Positions 19,839 to 31,100 of a stretch of 64,000 nucleotides of DNA are shown in pieces (positions within the stretch are counted from its first letter, which is position 1; the number at the start of each line of letters is the position of its first letter). The stretch is taken from NCBI GenBank assembly GCA_963827415.1, contig CAWHBA010000021.1, positions 163,288 through 227,287 of the forward strand, in the 5' to 3' direction. The notes beneath the pieces were generated by a model. It was not told the DNA's origin. It made no database searches and saw only the letters and a list, made by a program, of their open reading frames with translations. Origin of the DNA: an uncultured Acidobacteriaceae bacterium (GTDB taxonomy: Bacteria; Acidobacteriota; Terriglobia; Terriglobales; Acidobacteriaceae). A program made the position numbers and the translations under genes.

Positions 19839-20673
19839 ATGGCCACTCACTGCACCAGCGCCCACCCGTCCAGCCCTCGAACCCGGAACTCCGGTCGTCG
19901 AGTTCTCGCACGTCTCCATCCGCTTCGACCGCGACACCGTCCTCAAGGACATCTCCTTCACCGTCCGTCACGGCGAGATGCGCATCATCCTCGGCCCCTC
20001 GGGCGTCGGCAAGAGCGTCATCATGAAGCTTGCCAACGGACTCCTCACGCCCGACTCCGGTGAGATTCGCATCTTCGGCCGTTCGCTCTCCTCACTTACT
20101 CCGCGCGAGATGTACGAAATGCGCGCCCACATCGGCATGGTCTTTCAGGAGAGCGCGCTCTTCGACTCACTCAACGTCGAAGACAACGTCGCCTATCGTC
20201 TCGAAGAAGAACATTGCGACCCCACCGAGACTCACAATCGCGTCGTCGAAGCGCTCCGTTTCGTCGAGCTCGAAGGCACCATCGACAAAATCCCCTCCGA
20301 GCTCTCCGGTGGCATGCGCCGCCGCGTCTCCATCGCCCGCGCCATCATCTCCGACCCCGACCTCATCCTCTACGACTCGCCCACCGGCGGCCTCGACCCC
20401 ATCACCTCCACCACCATCATCGAGCTCATCATCAAGCAGCGCGACGTCTCCCAGACCACCTCGCTCCTTATCACGCACCGCATCCAGGACGCCTTCACCC
20501 TCGCCACACACCGCTACAACGCCGCCAAAAGCAGATGGAGCTCATCCCCAACGGCGGCATCGACCCGAGCACAAAGTTCCTCGTCCTCAACGACGGCCAC
20601 ATCGTCTTCGACGGCACGACCAGCCGAACTCATCAGCACCACCGACGACTGGTTCCGCGCCTTCATCTCCTGA
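19839..20673 (+). pseudogene. mlaF: MlaF-family ABC ATPase; three frameshifts as sequenced
   Basis: Walker A GPSGVGKS, signature LSGGMRRRVSIARA, Walker B LILYDSPTGGLD. ATG 19839 is in another frame than the body. The segment KQMELIPNGGIDPSTKFLVLNDGHIVFDGTTS (20528-20625) is in a third frame, and the tail ELISTTDDWFRAFIS returns to the body frame. Confidence 0.7.
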
Positions 20674-20843
20674 GCCGCCCTTAACAATGCGGGCGTCCTA
20701 CGCCTCGCCTCTGAGACGCAGCGCGGACGGATCTCTCCGCCGTGGCGTCCTTCGCGTTCTTCCTTCGAGCTCTTTGCGTGAGCGTTTTTTGGCGATGCCC
20801 GATACGCTCCGAGACTTGGCAGCCTGCACAGATCGAACCCGGA

Positions 20844-21588
20844 TCAACCCACCGCCAGCGTCCTGTGAAACAAATCCAGCGCCAGCCCAAACATCGACCT
20901 CGCCAGTTCCGGCTCATACCGCACGCCCTCATCGCGCAGAAACGCATGCGCTCCGTTCACCTCATGCCAGTTCAGCTTCACGCCCGCCTTGTTCAGCGTC
21001 TCCAGGATCAGCGTCCGCCCTTCCGTCGGAATATGCGGATCCTGCCGTCCCCACACCATCAGCAACTCGCCTTTGATCTCCCCGGCATGGACCAGCGAGT
21101 CATCATGCCGCCCTTTGCCCAGGCTTCCCTTGTGCATGTCCGTCGCATAGAAGCACACCGCGCCCAGCACTTCTTTGTTCATCGCCGCGCGAAACGCCAG
21201 GTGCCCGCCGATGCAAATCCCCATCGTCCCCAGCCTGCCCGTGCAATCGCTGCGCTGCGCCAGATGCGCCAGGACGACGCGAGCATCGTCATCGAATCCA
21301 CGCACCGTCTTCGTCGTCTTCAGCGCATTCCCGCGGTCTGACCCCGCCTGGTCGTACGCCAGTACTGTCCCAGCCGGCTCATACTCGTGATAGATTTCCG
21401 GCACTGCAACTACATATCCGTGTCCCGCCAGCTGTGCCGCCAGCCGCCTCACCGGCTCCGTCACCTGAAAGATCTCCGAGTAAAACAGTACTCCCGGATA
21501 ATGGCCGTCCGCCGCCGGCCGAATGATATGCGTCCGCATCAACTCCACTCGGCGTCTCCAGATCGACAAACTCCTGCACGACAACCAT
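20844..21588 (-). pseudogene. Dienelactone hydrolase family protein; one N-terminal frameshift as sequenced
   Basis: MVVVQEFVDLETPSG / ELMRTHIIRPAADGHYPGVLFYSEIFQVT..MGICIGGHLAF..NGAHAFL. The frame switch is near 21562-21568. Confidence 0.65.
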
Positions 21589-21712
21589 ATTTCAACTCAC
21601 TCCTGACTCTAGTCTGCGACAAGACGGGCCGCGACGGCGTTCGCGTCGCAACCCCAACACGACTCTTTGCTTCTTATCGACGAAGAACGAAGCGAAACGT
21701 CTGGAGGTCCCT

Positions 21713-21940
21713 GTGCAAGACCAGCCCATCTACACCGCAGACCAGGTCGCCCGCGCCGCCCGCGAGCTCCGCGAAGCCGCCGGCGCCTCTCAGCAGCGCT
21801 TTACTGCCGCGCAGGTCGTCGCCATGTTGTCCGACGAGGTCCGTCTCCTGCGCGAGCGCGGCTTCTCCGACGAACGCATCGCTGATCTCTTCATCGGCTT
21901 CGACATCGAAGTCACACCCGAAGAAATCGCGTACGTGTAG
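21713..21940 (+). CDS. Small hypothetical protein (75 aa)
   Basis: GTG start 5 nt after GGAGG. Helical-looking, non-biased composition. No family recognised. Confidence 0.45.
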   Translation: MQDQPIYTADQVARAARELREAAGASQQRFTAAQVVAMLSDEVRLLRERGFSDERIADLFIGFDIEVTPEEIAYV

Positions 21941-21961
21941 CCACAAATCCGTACGGCCTGT

Positions 21962-22744
21962 TCACCCTTGCGTCGCAGCCGCTCCAAACCGCATCACCAC
22001 GCACGTCACGTTGTCCGTTCCACCACGCGCGTTCACCATCGCAATCAGTCGCTCGCAAATCTCCGCCGCAGTCATCGTCGCATCCGCAACGATCTTCCCA
22101 ATCTCCTCACCCTTCATGTGTCGCATCAGCCCATCCGAGCACAACAGGAGCTGATCGCCGGCCTGCACCGTCTCCGTTGTAGAAATCGGGCTGCACATCG
22201 TCATCAATCCCAATCGCGCGCGTAATGGCCGACTGCAGCGGCGAGCGCTCCGCCTCGCCCTCCGTCATCAGCCCCATGCGCATCTGCTCGGCAACATACG
22301 AGTGGTCACGCGTCATCTGCCGCGCCATACTGCCGCGCACTATATATGCGCGACTGTCGCCCACATTCACCACCGTCACCTCGTTGCCATCCAGCCGCGC
22401 CGCCACCAGCGTCGTTCCCATCCCCCGGAAGCGCGTATCGTAGCTCGCCCGCACCCTGACCGCGCGGTTCGCCGCCGCCGCCGCTCTGCACAACGCGCGT
22501 TTCGTCCGCTCGCTATCGGCGCTCGGCTCGCCTCAATCTCCTGCTTCACCACTTCCAGGAAGCTTTCGAGCGCGATATGACTCGCGACTTCACCGCCGGC
22601 CATCCCGCCCATGCCGTCGCAGATTACTGCCAGCGCCAGCGGTTCGACGACCCCAAACGCATCCTGGTTCGTGCGCCGGACCATGCCGATGTGCGTACGT
22701 CCGGCGACCTCGAACTCCAGCGTGATCCCGTCGTTCTTCCACAC
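21962..22744 (-). pseudogene. PP2C-family Ser/Thr protein phosphatase; two frameshifts as sequenced
   Basis: ..GRTHIGMVRRTNQDAF..AVICDGMGGMAGGEVAS.. / ..GMGTTLVAARLDGNEVTVVNVGDSRAY.. / ..GDQLLLCSDGL..ARGGTDNVTCVV. Switches are near 22528 and 22183. Confidence 0.75.
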
Positions 22745-22916
22745 TCGATCGCACAGCCGCCACTCCCGCGCCGTCTTGGCCCACCTTTTTGAGCCCCACC
22801 AAGTATAGTCACCTCGTCAAGTCCACCCCTTTCTCCTGGCGGGGCTTTAGCCCCTGACGCGGAGACGCCTGATTTTTGGCCCGGACAAACCCACCGCTTC
22901 CCATCCCACCAAAACC

Positions 22917-23630
22917 ATGGTTAACTCTTTACGAATGCCAGTCGCAGAGATCACCGTCTCGAAAGAGGACTACCTCAAGGCCATCATTGAGGCCGAGAGC
23001 GAAGGCCACACCGTCATCCCCGCCTTCCTCGCCCAGTGGCTTGGCGTCTCTGCGCCCGCTGTCACCAAGGCCCTGCGCCGCCTCCGCGAGGACGGCTACG
23101 TCAACTCCGCCACCGACGGCCCGCTCAAGCTCACGACTAAAGGCCGCGAAGCCGCTCACCGCACCGCCCTCCGCCACCATCTCGTCGAGCGCATGCTCGC
23201 CGAGATGTTCGGCATGGAGTTGCATCAGATTCACACTGAAGCCGAACGCCTCGAGCACGTCATCTCCCCCGCCTTCGAAGCCAAGCTCATCGAGCGCCTC
23301 GGCGAAGAAGGCGAATGCCCGCACGGCAACCGCGTGCTTCCTGAAACACCCGCGCAGCTCCGGCGCCGCGGCCTGCTGCGCCTCTCGGAAGCCCGCCCAG
23401 GCTCGCCCTGCGTCGTCTCCAGCCTCTACGAGCGCGACGATCGTCTGCTCGAGTTCCTCCACGACCTCCACATCGGCCCCGGCGTCACGCTAACACCGCT
23501 CGCCCGCAACTACGACGACACCCTGCGCGTCCGCACGGGCAGCCGCGAGATCACCCTCGGCCTCTTCGCCGCCGACCGCATCTGGGTCCGGCCGCCCGCC
23601 CCCAAGAAACCCCGGCAGCCGAAATCCTAG
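22917..23630 (+). CDS. DtxR-family metal-dependent repressor with C-terminal FeoA/SH3-like domain
   Basis: ..SKEDYLKAIIEAESEG..VIPAFLAQWLGVSAPAVTKALRRLREDGYV..HHLVERML..E.LEH... Lies immediately upstream of mntH. Confidence 0.75.
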   Translation: MVNSLRMPVAEITVSKEDYLKAIIEAESEGHTVIPAFLAQWLGVSAPAVTKALRRLREDGYVNSATDGPLKLTTKGREAAHRTALRHHLVERMLAEMFGMELHQIHTEAERLEHVISPAFEAKLIERLGEEGECPHGNRVLPETPAQLRRRGLLRLSEARPGSPCVVSSLYERDDRLLEFLHDLHIGPGVTLTPLARNYDDTLRVRTGSREITLGLFAADRIWVRPPAPKKPRQPKS

Positions 23631-23653
23631 TAAACTCTGGCAACCGAACCTTA

Positions 23654-23667
23654 TTAACCATAGCTAA
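23654..23667. promoter_or_regulatory. Imperfect palindrome, candidate DtxR-family operator upstream of mntH
   Basis: TTAACCATAGCTAA (5 of 7 arm positions complementary), located about 40 nt upstream of the mntH start. Confidence 0.25.
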
Positions 23668-23705
23668 GTATTTGTGGCATACTGCATCTAAGACATAAGG
23701 TGCGG

Positions 23706-25084
23706 ATGTCCACAATGACCCCTGTCAAAGAGATCGATCGGTCAGCAGAGCCATCTCTCGAACCCGCGCAGCCTTTGGCAGACAAGCCGATCCCTCGCTC
23801 CCCGGCGCGTTCGCCTCTGTCCGCCTCACCGGGACCAGCACCTTCTGGCGCCGCCTCATCGGCTTCGCCGGCCCCGGCTTCCTCATCGCCGTCGGCTACA
23901 TGGACCCCGGCAACTGGGCCACTGATCTCGCCGGCGGCTCGCGCTACGGCTATACCCTGCTCTTCGTCATCATGCTCTCCAACCTGATGGCGATCCTCCT
24001 CCAGAGCCTCTCGCTCAAACTCGGCATCGCCTCTGAGCGCGACCTCGCCCAGGCCTGCCGCGAAACCTACAGCCGCCGCACCTCAATTCTGCTCTGGCTC
24101 TTCGCCGAAATCGCCATCGCCGCCTGCGATCTCGCCGAGGTCATCGGCTCCGCCATCGCGCTCCAACTGCTCTTCGGCATCCCGCTCATCTACGGCGTGC
24201 TCATCACCGGCGCCGACGTGCTTCTCATCCTGCTCCTGCAGAACCGCGGCTTCCGCTACCTCGAAGCCCTCGTCATCACCCTCATCGGCACCATCAGTGT
24301 CCTCTTCGGAATCGAGGTTCTCCGCGCTCACCCCGACTGGCTCCCCATCGCCCACAGCCTCCTCATCCCCTCGCCTTCAATCATCACCAACCCAAACATG
24401 CTCTACATCGCCATCGGCATCCTCGGCGCGACGGTCATGCCGCACAACCTCTACCTGCATTCCTCCATCGTGCAGACGCGCGATTATCCGCGCACGCCCA
24501 CTGGCAAACGCGAAGCCATCCGCTTCGCCAACATCGACTCCGCCACTGCGCTCATGCTCGCGCTCTTCGTCAACGCCGCCATCCTCGTCTTGGCCGCGGC
24601 TGTCTTCCATCGCAACGGCCACTTCGAGGTCGCAGAGATCGGCGACGCCTACAAACTCCTCACGCCCATGCTCGGCTTCACCGGCGCCAGCACCATGTTC
24701 GCGCTCGCGTTGCTCGCCTCCGGCCAGAACTCCACCATCACCGGAACGCTCGCCGGCCAGATTGTCATGGAAGGCTTCCTCAGCCTTCGACTCAAACCCT
24801 GGCTGCGCCGCCTCATCACGCGCAGCGTCGCCATCATCCCCACCATCTTCGTCACACTCTTCTACGGCGAACGCGGCACTGCCGACCTGCTCATCCTCAG
24901 CCAGGTCATCCTCTCCATGCAGCTCAGCTTCGCCGTCTTCCCGCTCGTGCAATTCACGAGCGACCGCGCAAAGATGGGCGAGTTCACCAACACCCGCACG
25001 CTCAAGTACGTCGGCTACACCGTCGCCTGCGTCATCGCCGCGCTCAACGCCTGGTTGCTCGTCCAGACACTCCACCACGCCTGA
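23706..25084 (+). pseudogene. mntH: NRAMP divalent-metal/proton symporter MntH; one N-terminal frameshift as sequenced
   Basis: ..[55 protein letters not shown]... The ATG 23706 frame ([10 protein letters not shown]..) meets the body frame at a C-run near 23792. Confidence 0.8.
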
Positions 25085-25150
25085 ACGTTCGACCATGACG
25101 ACACCCTAGGTCCACCCCTAACTTCTATTATCTCTGGACTTTGCGCAAAC

Positions 25151-26242
25151 CTACGGCTTCAGCACAATTTTCATCGAATCCGGTTGCGGATTCGACGCGA
25201 GCCTCACCGCTTCCGCCGCATCCTCCAGCCCGAACCGATGGGAGATGAGTTTGGTCAGATCCAGCTTTCCTGAGCGGTAACCCTCGAACACCAGGTCGAT
25301 TCCCTCCCGCTGAATCGCCACCGACGCCGAGTAAGAACCCATCAGCGTCTTCTCGTCCATGCACACCGCAGCCGGATCGAACGGGGCCTCTCCGTGCTGC
25401 GTGGACGCAAACAGCATCACCCGGCCGCCCGGCCGAATCGCCTGCATTGCCGTCCCTATCAGCGCATCCGCTCCCACCGCAACCAGCGCCACATCCGCCC
25501 CGCGACCATCGGTAGCCGCCTTGGACGCCGCAATCACATCGCCCCGCGCATCGAGAGGATGCTTCAGCCCATACTGAGCCGCGATCGCATGCCGCTCCGG
25601 ATAGAGGTCACTGGTCAACACCGTCGCCCCCGTCTGCGCCGCGAGCGCCGCCAGCAGGATCCCAATACTTCCCTGCCCAATCACGAGCACCGTCTCATCC
25701 GGCTTCAGGTTCAGCAGCTTGACCGCCTTGAAGCACGTATTCACCGGCTCAATCCACGCCGCCTGCTCGAACGGGATGTCCTCCGGAACCCTCACCAGTC
25801 CCGCAGTCTTAACCCCGTCGCCCACAATCCAGTCCATCACCCGGATGTATTCGGCAAACCCGCCTCCAGCAGGTTCGCCAATTCCCGCGGTAGTCCCAAC
25901 TTTTTTGTAGCGCTCGCATTGTGCGAATGTCTGCTTGCGGCAATAGAAACATTCGCCGCAAGGGATGTGATGAAAGGCCATGACGCGATCGCCTACCACG
26001 AAGCCGCGAACACCTTCGCCAACTGCAGCAATCGTTCCCGCCATCTCGTGACCGAAGACGCGTGGAGCGGAGTGCGAGCCGGTATGAATCTTCTTGAGGT
26101 CGGTGCCGCAGATGCCGCACGTGTCGATGCGAACCAGCACCTCTCCACGGCCAATCTGCGGAACGGGAACTGTTTCTGTTCTTACGTCATCGGGCGCGCG
26201 ATAGACGGCGGCCCGCATCGTCTGTGGCAATGTCTCACTCAT
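25151..26242 (-). CDS. Zn-dependent MDR alcohol/polyol dehydrogenase
   Basis: 363 aa; ..CGICGTDLKKIH..GHEMAGTI..CGECFYCRKQTFAQC..VIGQGSIGIL..KIVLKP. ATGA overlap with the upstream nucleosidase gene. Confidence 0.75.
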   Translation of the reverse strand: MSETLPQTMRAAVYRAPDDVRTETVPVPQIGRGEVLVRIDTCGICGTDLKKIHTGSHSAPRVFGHEMAGTIAAVGEGVRGFVVGDRVMAFHHIPCGECFYCRKQTFAQCERYKKVGTTAGIGEPAGGGFAEYIRVMDWIVGDGVKTAGLVRVPEDIPFEQAAWIEPVNTCFKAVKLLNLKPDETVLVIGQGSIGILLAALAAQTGATVLTSDLYPERHAIAAQYGLKHPLDARGDVIAASKAATDGRGADVALVAVGADALIGTAMQAIRPGGRVMLFASTQHGEAPFDPAAVCMDEKTLMGSYSASVAIQREGIDLVFEGYRSGKLDLTKLISHRFGLEDAAEAVRLASNPQPDSMKIVLKP

Positions 26243-26971
26243 CTCTTCAAGAATATCGAATGCTGTGCGATTAGCCCGCGGAGTTGATCAGTTCTGCGGA
26301 GTTCGGCCCAGAGCTTTGTGAGAGCGCGATTGCTCTCGCGGCCAAGCCGCATCGCTGAGCCCCAATTCTGCGGACGGAGCGCTGTGTGGAGTGCGAAGGC
26401 ACCGGTGCGAAAGTGTCCGAGTGGATCCGCAAAGCGGCTCATCGCCTCCATCTCGAAGTCGTGCGCATCGGAGACGCCTTTGATGGCGCGGAAGCGAAGA
26501 CCTCGCGCGAGTGCGAGCCGGGCTACCGTGGCAGCCTCCATGTCTACAAGCGCCGCGTTGTAGCTCTCACGAAGGCGAGCTTTCTCGCGCACGCCTGCAA
26601 TCGTCTCCGTCGTTACCAGGACACAGTCGGCGCCTGACGTATCGCAGAGGAATCGTTCACCCGTTTTCGCGTCCACGACTGTCGTCGCTTCCAAGACGTC
26701 GCCTGCGCGAACCTGGGGCGAACATGCGCCCGCGAGCCCGGTTGAAACGATGAGTTCGATTCCCTCTGAGCGAAGCGCAGCGTCGAACGCCAGCGTGGCA
26801 CGGGACGAGCCCATTCCCGCAGCCACAATGATTGCGCTCGTCGATGCGATAGAGATGGACGCCGCGCTGTCGCAACTCCGGCTCGGGACGAGTTCCCCGT
26901 ACGAGACCAGCGATCTCACGCGGCAGCGCCGCAAGGATCGCTATCTTCGGTTCCCCGGCTATCTTCTGCAC
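26239..26971 (-). pseudogene. PNP/UDP-phosphorylase-superfamily nucleosidase, HpnG-like; one frameshift as sequenced
   Basis: MQKIAGEPKIAILAALPREIAGL.. / ..IIVAAGMGSSRATLAFDAALRSEGIELIVSTGLAGAC..VDMEAATVARLA..IKGVSDAHD. The switch is near 26836. HpnG versus MTA nucleosidase or futalosine hydrolase cannot be settled by eye. Confidence 0.5.
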
Positions 26972-28026
26972 TAGGACCTCGCACGCTTCGGTGGAGGACA
27001 GGTCGAGTCGCGGACTACCAGTTCAGGATCGACGACGATCTGTTTTGCCGCGGGCTGCTCCTCAGTCGAGGTGATGCGACGCACGACCGCCTCTGCGGCC
27101 AGCATGCCCATGGTGCGAAGCGGCTGTCGAACGGTTGTGAGGCCGGGGTTCTGGAAGGCTGCGGATTGAACGTCGTCGAAGCCAACGACTGAAACATCCT
27201 GCGGGACGCGGAGGCCGGCCTCGCGCAATGCACGTATGGCGCCTATCGCCGATACGTCGTTGAAGGTGAAGAGCGCGGTGAAACGCGTGTTGGAGGCGAG
27301 CAGACGTTGCGTTGCAAAGTACCCGGGCTCGTGGCCCGGGGTGTCGCCTTCGAGCTGGGCCACTAGCTTTGGCTCGAGAGTCATCTTCGCGCGTGCAGCG
27401 GCGTGACGGATCGCCTGCCAGCGCGGCTCGGTATCGGAGCTGAAGCTCTGGCCCTTGATGAACGCGATGTCACGATGGCCGAGGCCAACGAGGTGATCGA
27501 TGGCGAGCTCTGCTGCGCGCCTGTGGTTGAGCACGATGTTGGTGATGCCTTCGTGTTCGTCCGGACAGGAGACGGTGATCATTGGAAGGTGCGGATGTTT
27601 GACGAGCGTGGTGTCGACGGCGATGATGCCGTCGACGGCGCGGTCCACCATCATGGTCTGGGAGCGATCGATCAGCTCGGCGCGGTGGTGGTGACTGATC
27701 AGGAAATAGATGTAGTCGGCCTGGAGCAAAGCTTGCTCGATGCCGGCAAGCACAGCCGTTGCGTAGCCCTCGGAGACCTCGGGCACGAGAACGCCGACAA
27801 TCATCGAGCGGCCACGGCGCAGTGAGCGAGCGAGTACGTTCGGGCGATAGTTCAACTCTTTGGCCGCCGCGAAGATGCGATCTTGTGTCGCCTTAGGAAT
27901 TGATTTTGCCGCGGGTGCTCCGTTCAAAACGCGCGAGATGGCGGCGACCGAGAGCCCAAGGTGTTCGGCAATGATTTTGAGGCTGGCGGGACGGTTGGCG
28001 TCCCGGCCTTTACTGGGGAGAGTCAC
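26971..28026 (-). CDS. LacI-family transcriptional regulator
   Basis: From GTG 28026: ..ASLKIIAEHLGLSVAAISRVLNG..ELNYRPNVLARSLRRGRS.. plus a periplasmic-binding-fold sensor domain. Its stop overlaps the next gene's GTG by 1 nt. Confidence 0.8.
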   Translation of the reverse strand: MTLPSKGRDANRPASLKIIAEHLGLSVAAISRVLNGAPAAKSIPKATQDRIFAAAKELNYRPNVLARSLRRGRSMIVGVLVPEVSEGYATAVLAGIEQALLQADYIYFLISHHHRAELIDRSQTMMVDRAVDGIIAVDTTLVKHPHLPMITVSCPDEHEGITNIVLNHRRAAELAIDHLVGLGHRDIAFIKGQSFSSDTEPRWQAIRHAAARAKMTLEPKLVAQLEGDTPGHEPGYFATQRLLASNTRFTALFTFNDVSAIGAIRALREAGLRVPQDVSVVGFDDVQSAAFQNPGLTTVRQPLRTMGMLAAEAVVRRITSTEEQPAAKQIVVDPELVVRDSTCPPPKRARS

Positions 28027-28078
28027 GTTGGAAGTTTGCCACAAACGCGATGCAACCCTGACATCTCGAGTTAGCCGC

Positions 28079-28108
28079 TTGACATCCAAGCATCGCAGCG
28101 CGTAGAAC
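28079..28108 (+). promoter_or_regulatory. Sigma70-like promoter candidate for the TonB receptor
   Basis: TTGACA (28079-28084), 18-nt spacer, TAGAAC (28103-28108). Confidence 0.35.
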
Positions 28109-28118
28109 TCTTTCCGGC

Positions 28119-28136
28119 TAGGCAAAGGTTTGCCTA
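28119..28136. promoter_or_regulatory. Candidate LacI-family operator
   Basis: TAGGCAAA-GG-TTTGCCTA: perfect 8-nt inverted arms. Resembles the GCAAACGTTTGC-type LacI/PurR operators. Lies between the promoter candidate and the receptor start. Confidence 0.5.
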
Positions 28137-28193
28137 ACGGACCAAACGACCCGGCTGTGTCGCCGGGCGATGCTGTATCCCTTTGGAGGCAAT

Positions 28194-31100
28194 ATGCGAA
28201 TTTCTCTGCGCTGTGCCAGCGGCTTCCTGCTCGGCGGCATGGTGTCTCTCGCCGGCGTCTCGGCCCACGCACAGTTTCGAGCATCCATTCAAGGCACCGT
28301 GACAGACCCGACGGGGGCTCTGATCCCGAATGCTCAAATCACGCTCACGGACGTCGCCACGAATACGACCCAGACGGCGACCTCCAACGCCGATGGTGTG
28401 TACAACTTCGGGCAACTGCCGCCCGACCACTTCACGATCACCGCGACTGCCGCCGGTTTTACGAGGAAGGTGCTCCAGAATGTGGCGATCATTCCGGAGC
28501 AGGCGAACTCGATCAACATTCAGCTTGCACTTGGCGACACGTCGACAACGGTGAACGTGTCTGCGGATACGATTTCGGCGGTCGATACCGAGACAGCGAA
28601 CATCGGTGCCACGATTACATCGAACGAGATTAATCACATGCCCTCGTTCAACCGCGACGTTTTCACTCTGAGTCAACTTGCTCCGGGTGCGGTGAGCGAT
28701 GGCTCGCAGTCGGCGTCGGGCGGTGTTTACGCGCTTCCCGGAACACAAGGCCCCGGCGGGTCGGGCGCCGGCGGATCGGCTCCGACTGAGAACGGACCGC
28801 AAGTCAACGCGAACGGCGGACAGTACGAGACGAACGGCATCCAGATCGACGGTATCTCGACGACGAGCGCGGTGTGGGGCGGCACAACCGTCATCACGCC
28901 GACCGAAGAGTCGATCGACAACGTCCGCATCCTGACCAATCAGTATGACTCGGAGTTCGGACGCTTCTCCGGTGCCCAGACCCTGGTCACCTCGAAGAGC
29001 GGAACGAACTCTTTCCACGGCAGCGCCTTCTTCGCGTGGCACCGGCCCGGTCTGAACGCGTACCAACCGGCCGTGCGCACCTCGAATGGCACGCGAATCG
29101 GCGCGCCGCAGCGCGATAACCAGCGCTTCAATCAGTGGGGCGGAAGCCTCGGTGCACCAATCATCAAGGACAAAATCTGGGCGTTCTTCGCCTACGAGAC
29201 GAGCCCGAACAGCTCAACCTCAACCAGCACCGGATGGTACGAGACCTCGCAGTTCCGTTCGTCTGCGCCTTCGGGCAGCATCGCGGCCACGTACCTTGGC
29301 TTTGCAGGGAGCGCGCCCAGCGGACAGATTGTGACGTCAGGTGAAACCTGCGCCACAGTAGGCCTGAACGAGGGCGTCAACTGCAGGACCATCTCTGGAC
29401 AGGGACTCGACATCGGTTCCCCACTGAAGAACGGTCTCGGCAAACAGGATCCGACGGGGACCGGCACGGCAGTTAATCCGGGTGTCGGTGGCGGGTTGGA
29501 CAGTGTTGCCGACGTGGCTTACTACCTGACGAGCACTCCCACAACCTCGACCTACGACCAATACAACGGGCGCCTGGACGCACAGGTTTCGCATAAGGAC
29601 CGCCTGACGTTCGCGATCTACTGGGTGCCGTCGAGCAGCAACTTCTATAACGGCGGAGCCCGCGCCTACAACCTCTTCCACCATGACCAGATCAACAATG
29701 CGATGTCGGGTATCTGGACCCGCTCCTTTGGTGCCACGTGGCTGAACGAGGTGCGCGCCAATGCTGCAGGCTGGCGTTGGAACGAACTCACGAGCAATCC
29801 TCAGCAGCCGATCGGTCTGCCGCAGGACAACATCACGTTCTTCGGACCGGCCTCCGGCGCGTCCATCAACCAGTTCGGTACCTCGATCGGAAGCGATCTG
29901 AACCAGTGGACGTACACCTACCGCGACACCGCGACGAAGGCGTCCGGCCGGCACACGATCAAGTTCGGTGGCGAATACACACAACTGCGCTACCTGAGCA
30001 ACCCAACGGGACGCCCGGGCTACAACTTCTACAACATCTGGAGCTTCTTGAACGATGCTCCCTCGGTCGAGAACGGCGGCTTCAACAGCGTCACGGGACG
30101 GCCGGGCGGCAGCCGCTCCGATGAGCGGGAGAACATCTTTGGCGCTTTTGTCCAGGACAACTGGAAGATCCGGCCGGAACTGACGCTCAACCTGGGCCTG
30201 CGTTACGACTTCTTCGGTGCTCTCTTCGCCAAGCAGGACAACATTCCCCGCGTGATGCTTGGCACAGGAAGCTCGGCGTTCCTGAACATGAATGTGGCGA
30301 GCGGCCACAACCTGTGGGAGTCGCAGAAGGCGAACGTTGGACCGCAGATTGGTTTCAACTGGGCGCCTTTGCACATGAACAATCGCATGGTGGTGCGCGG
30401 TGGCTATGGTCTGAATTACAACCAGAGTGAGCTCGCAATTACGGCGAACGTTGCGAACAATCCCCCGACCCAGAACTTCGTCAACTACGCGTTCACGAGT
30501 CCGACGAATCCGGGCACCAACGGCGGCAATATCATCTACGCGATCTCGAGCGATATCCACTCGCTCAATGGATTCCCGCCAAATCCCCATGCGATTACGA
30601 GCTACAACGCGAACGGCCTGCCGACGGCGGGTAACGCGAACATCGTGATCTACGGCGACGGATACGGTCATGTACCGACGATCTATCTGCACCACTTCTC
30701 GATGGAAACGGCGTACGAGTTCGGCAAGCAGATCGTGGCATCAGTTGGATACCAGGGCAGTCTTGGCCGTCACCTGATCAACCACATGAACCCGAACGCT
30801 GCAGCGGTGACCTCGGGCTACACGCTGAATCCGCTGGTTACGGGCGGCGACTTCTGGATCAACGAAGGCATGTCGAACAACAACGCCATGCTTATAGAAG
30901 TGAAGCATCCGATGGTGCATCGCTTCTCGGCTGACGCTCAGTTCATGTGGGCGAAGAGTATGGATACCAACGGGTCCGGACCGTACTACGAGGATCCGTA
31001 TCTGCCGGTGTATTCGGGTTACTCGTACGGACCTTCGGACTTCAATGTGGGCAGGCAGTTCAAGCTGTACGGGGTGTGGCAACCGGTGATCTTCCATGGC

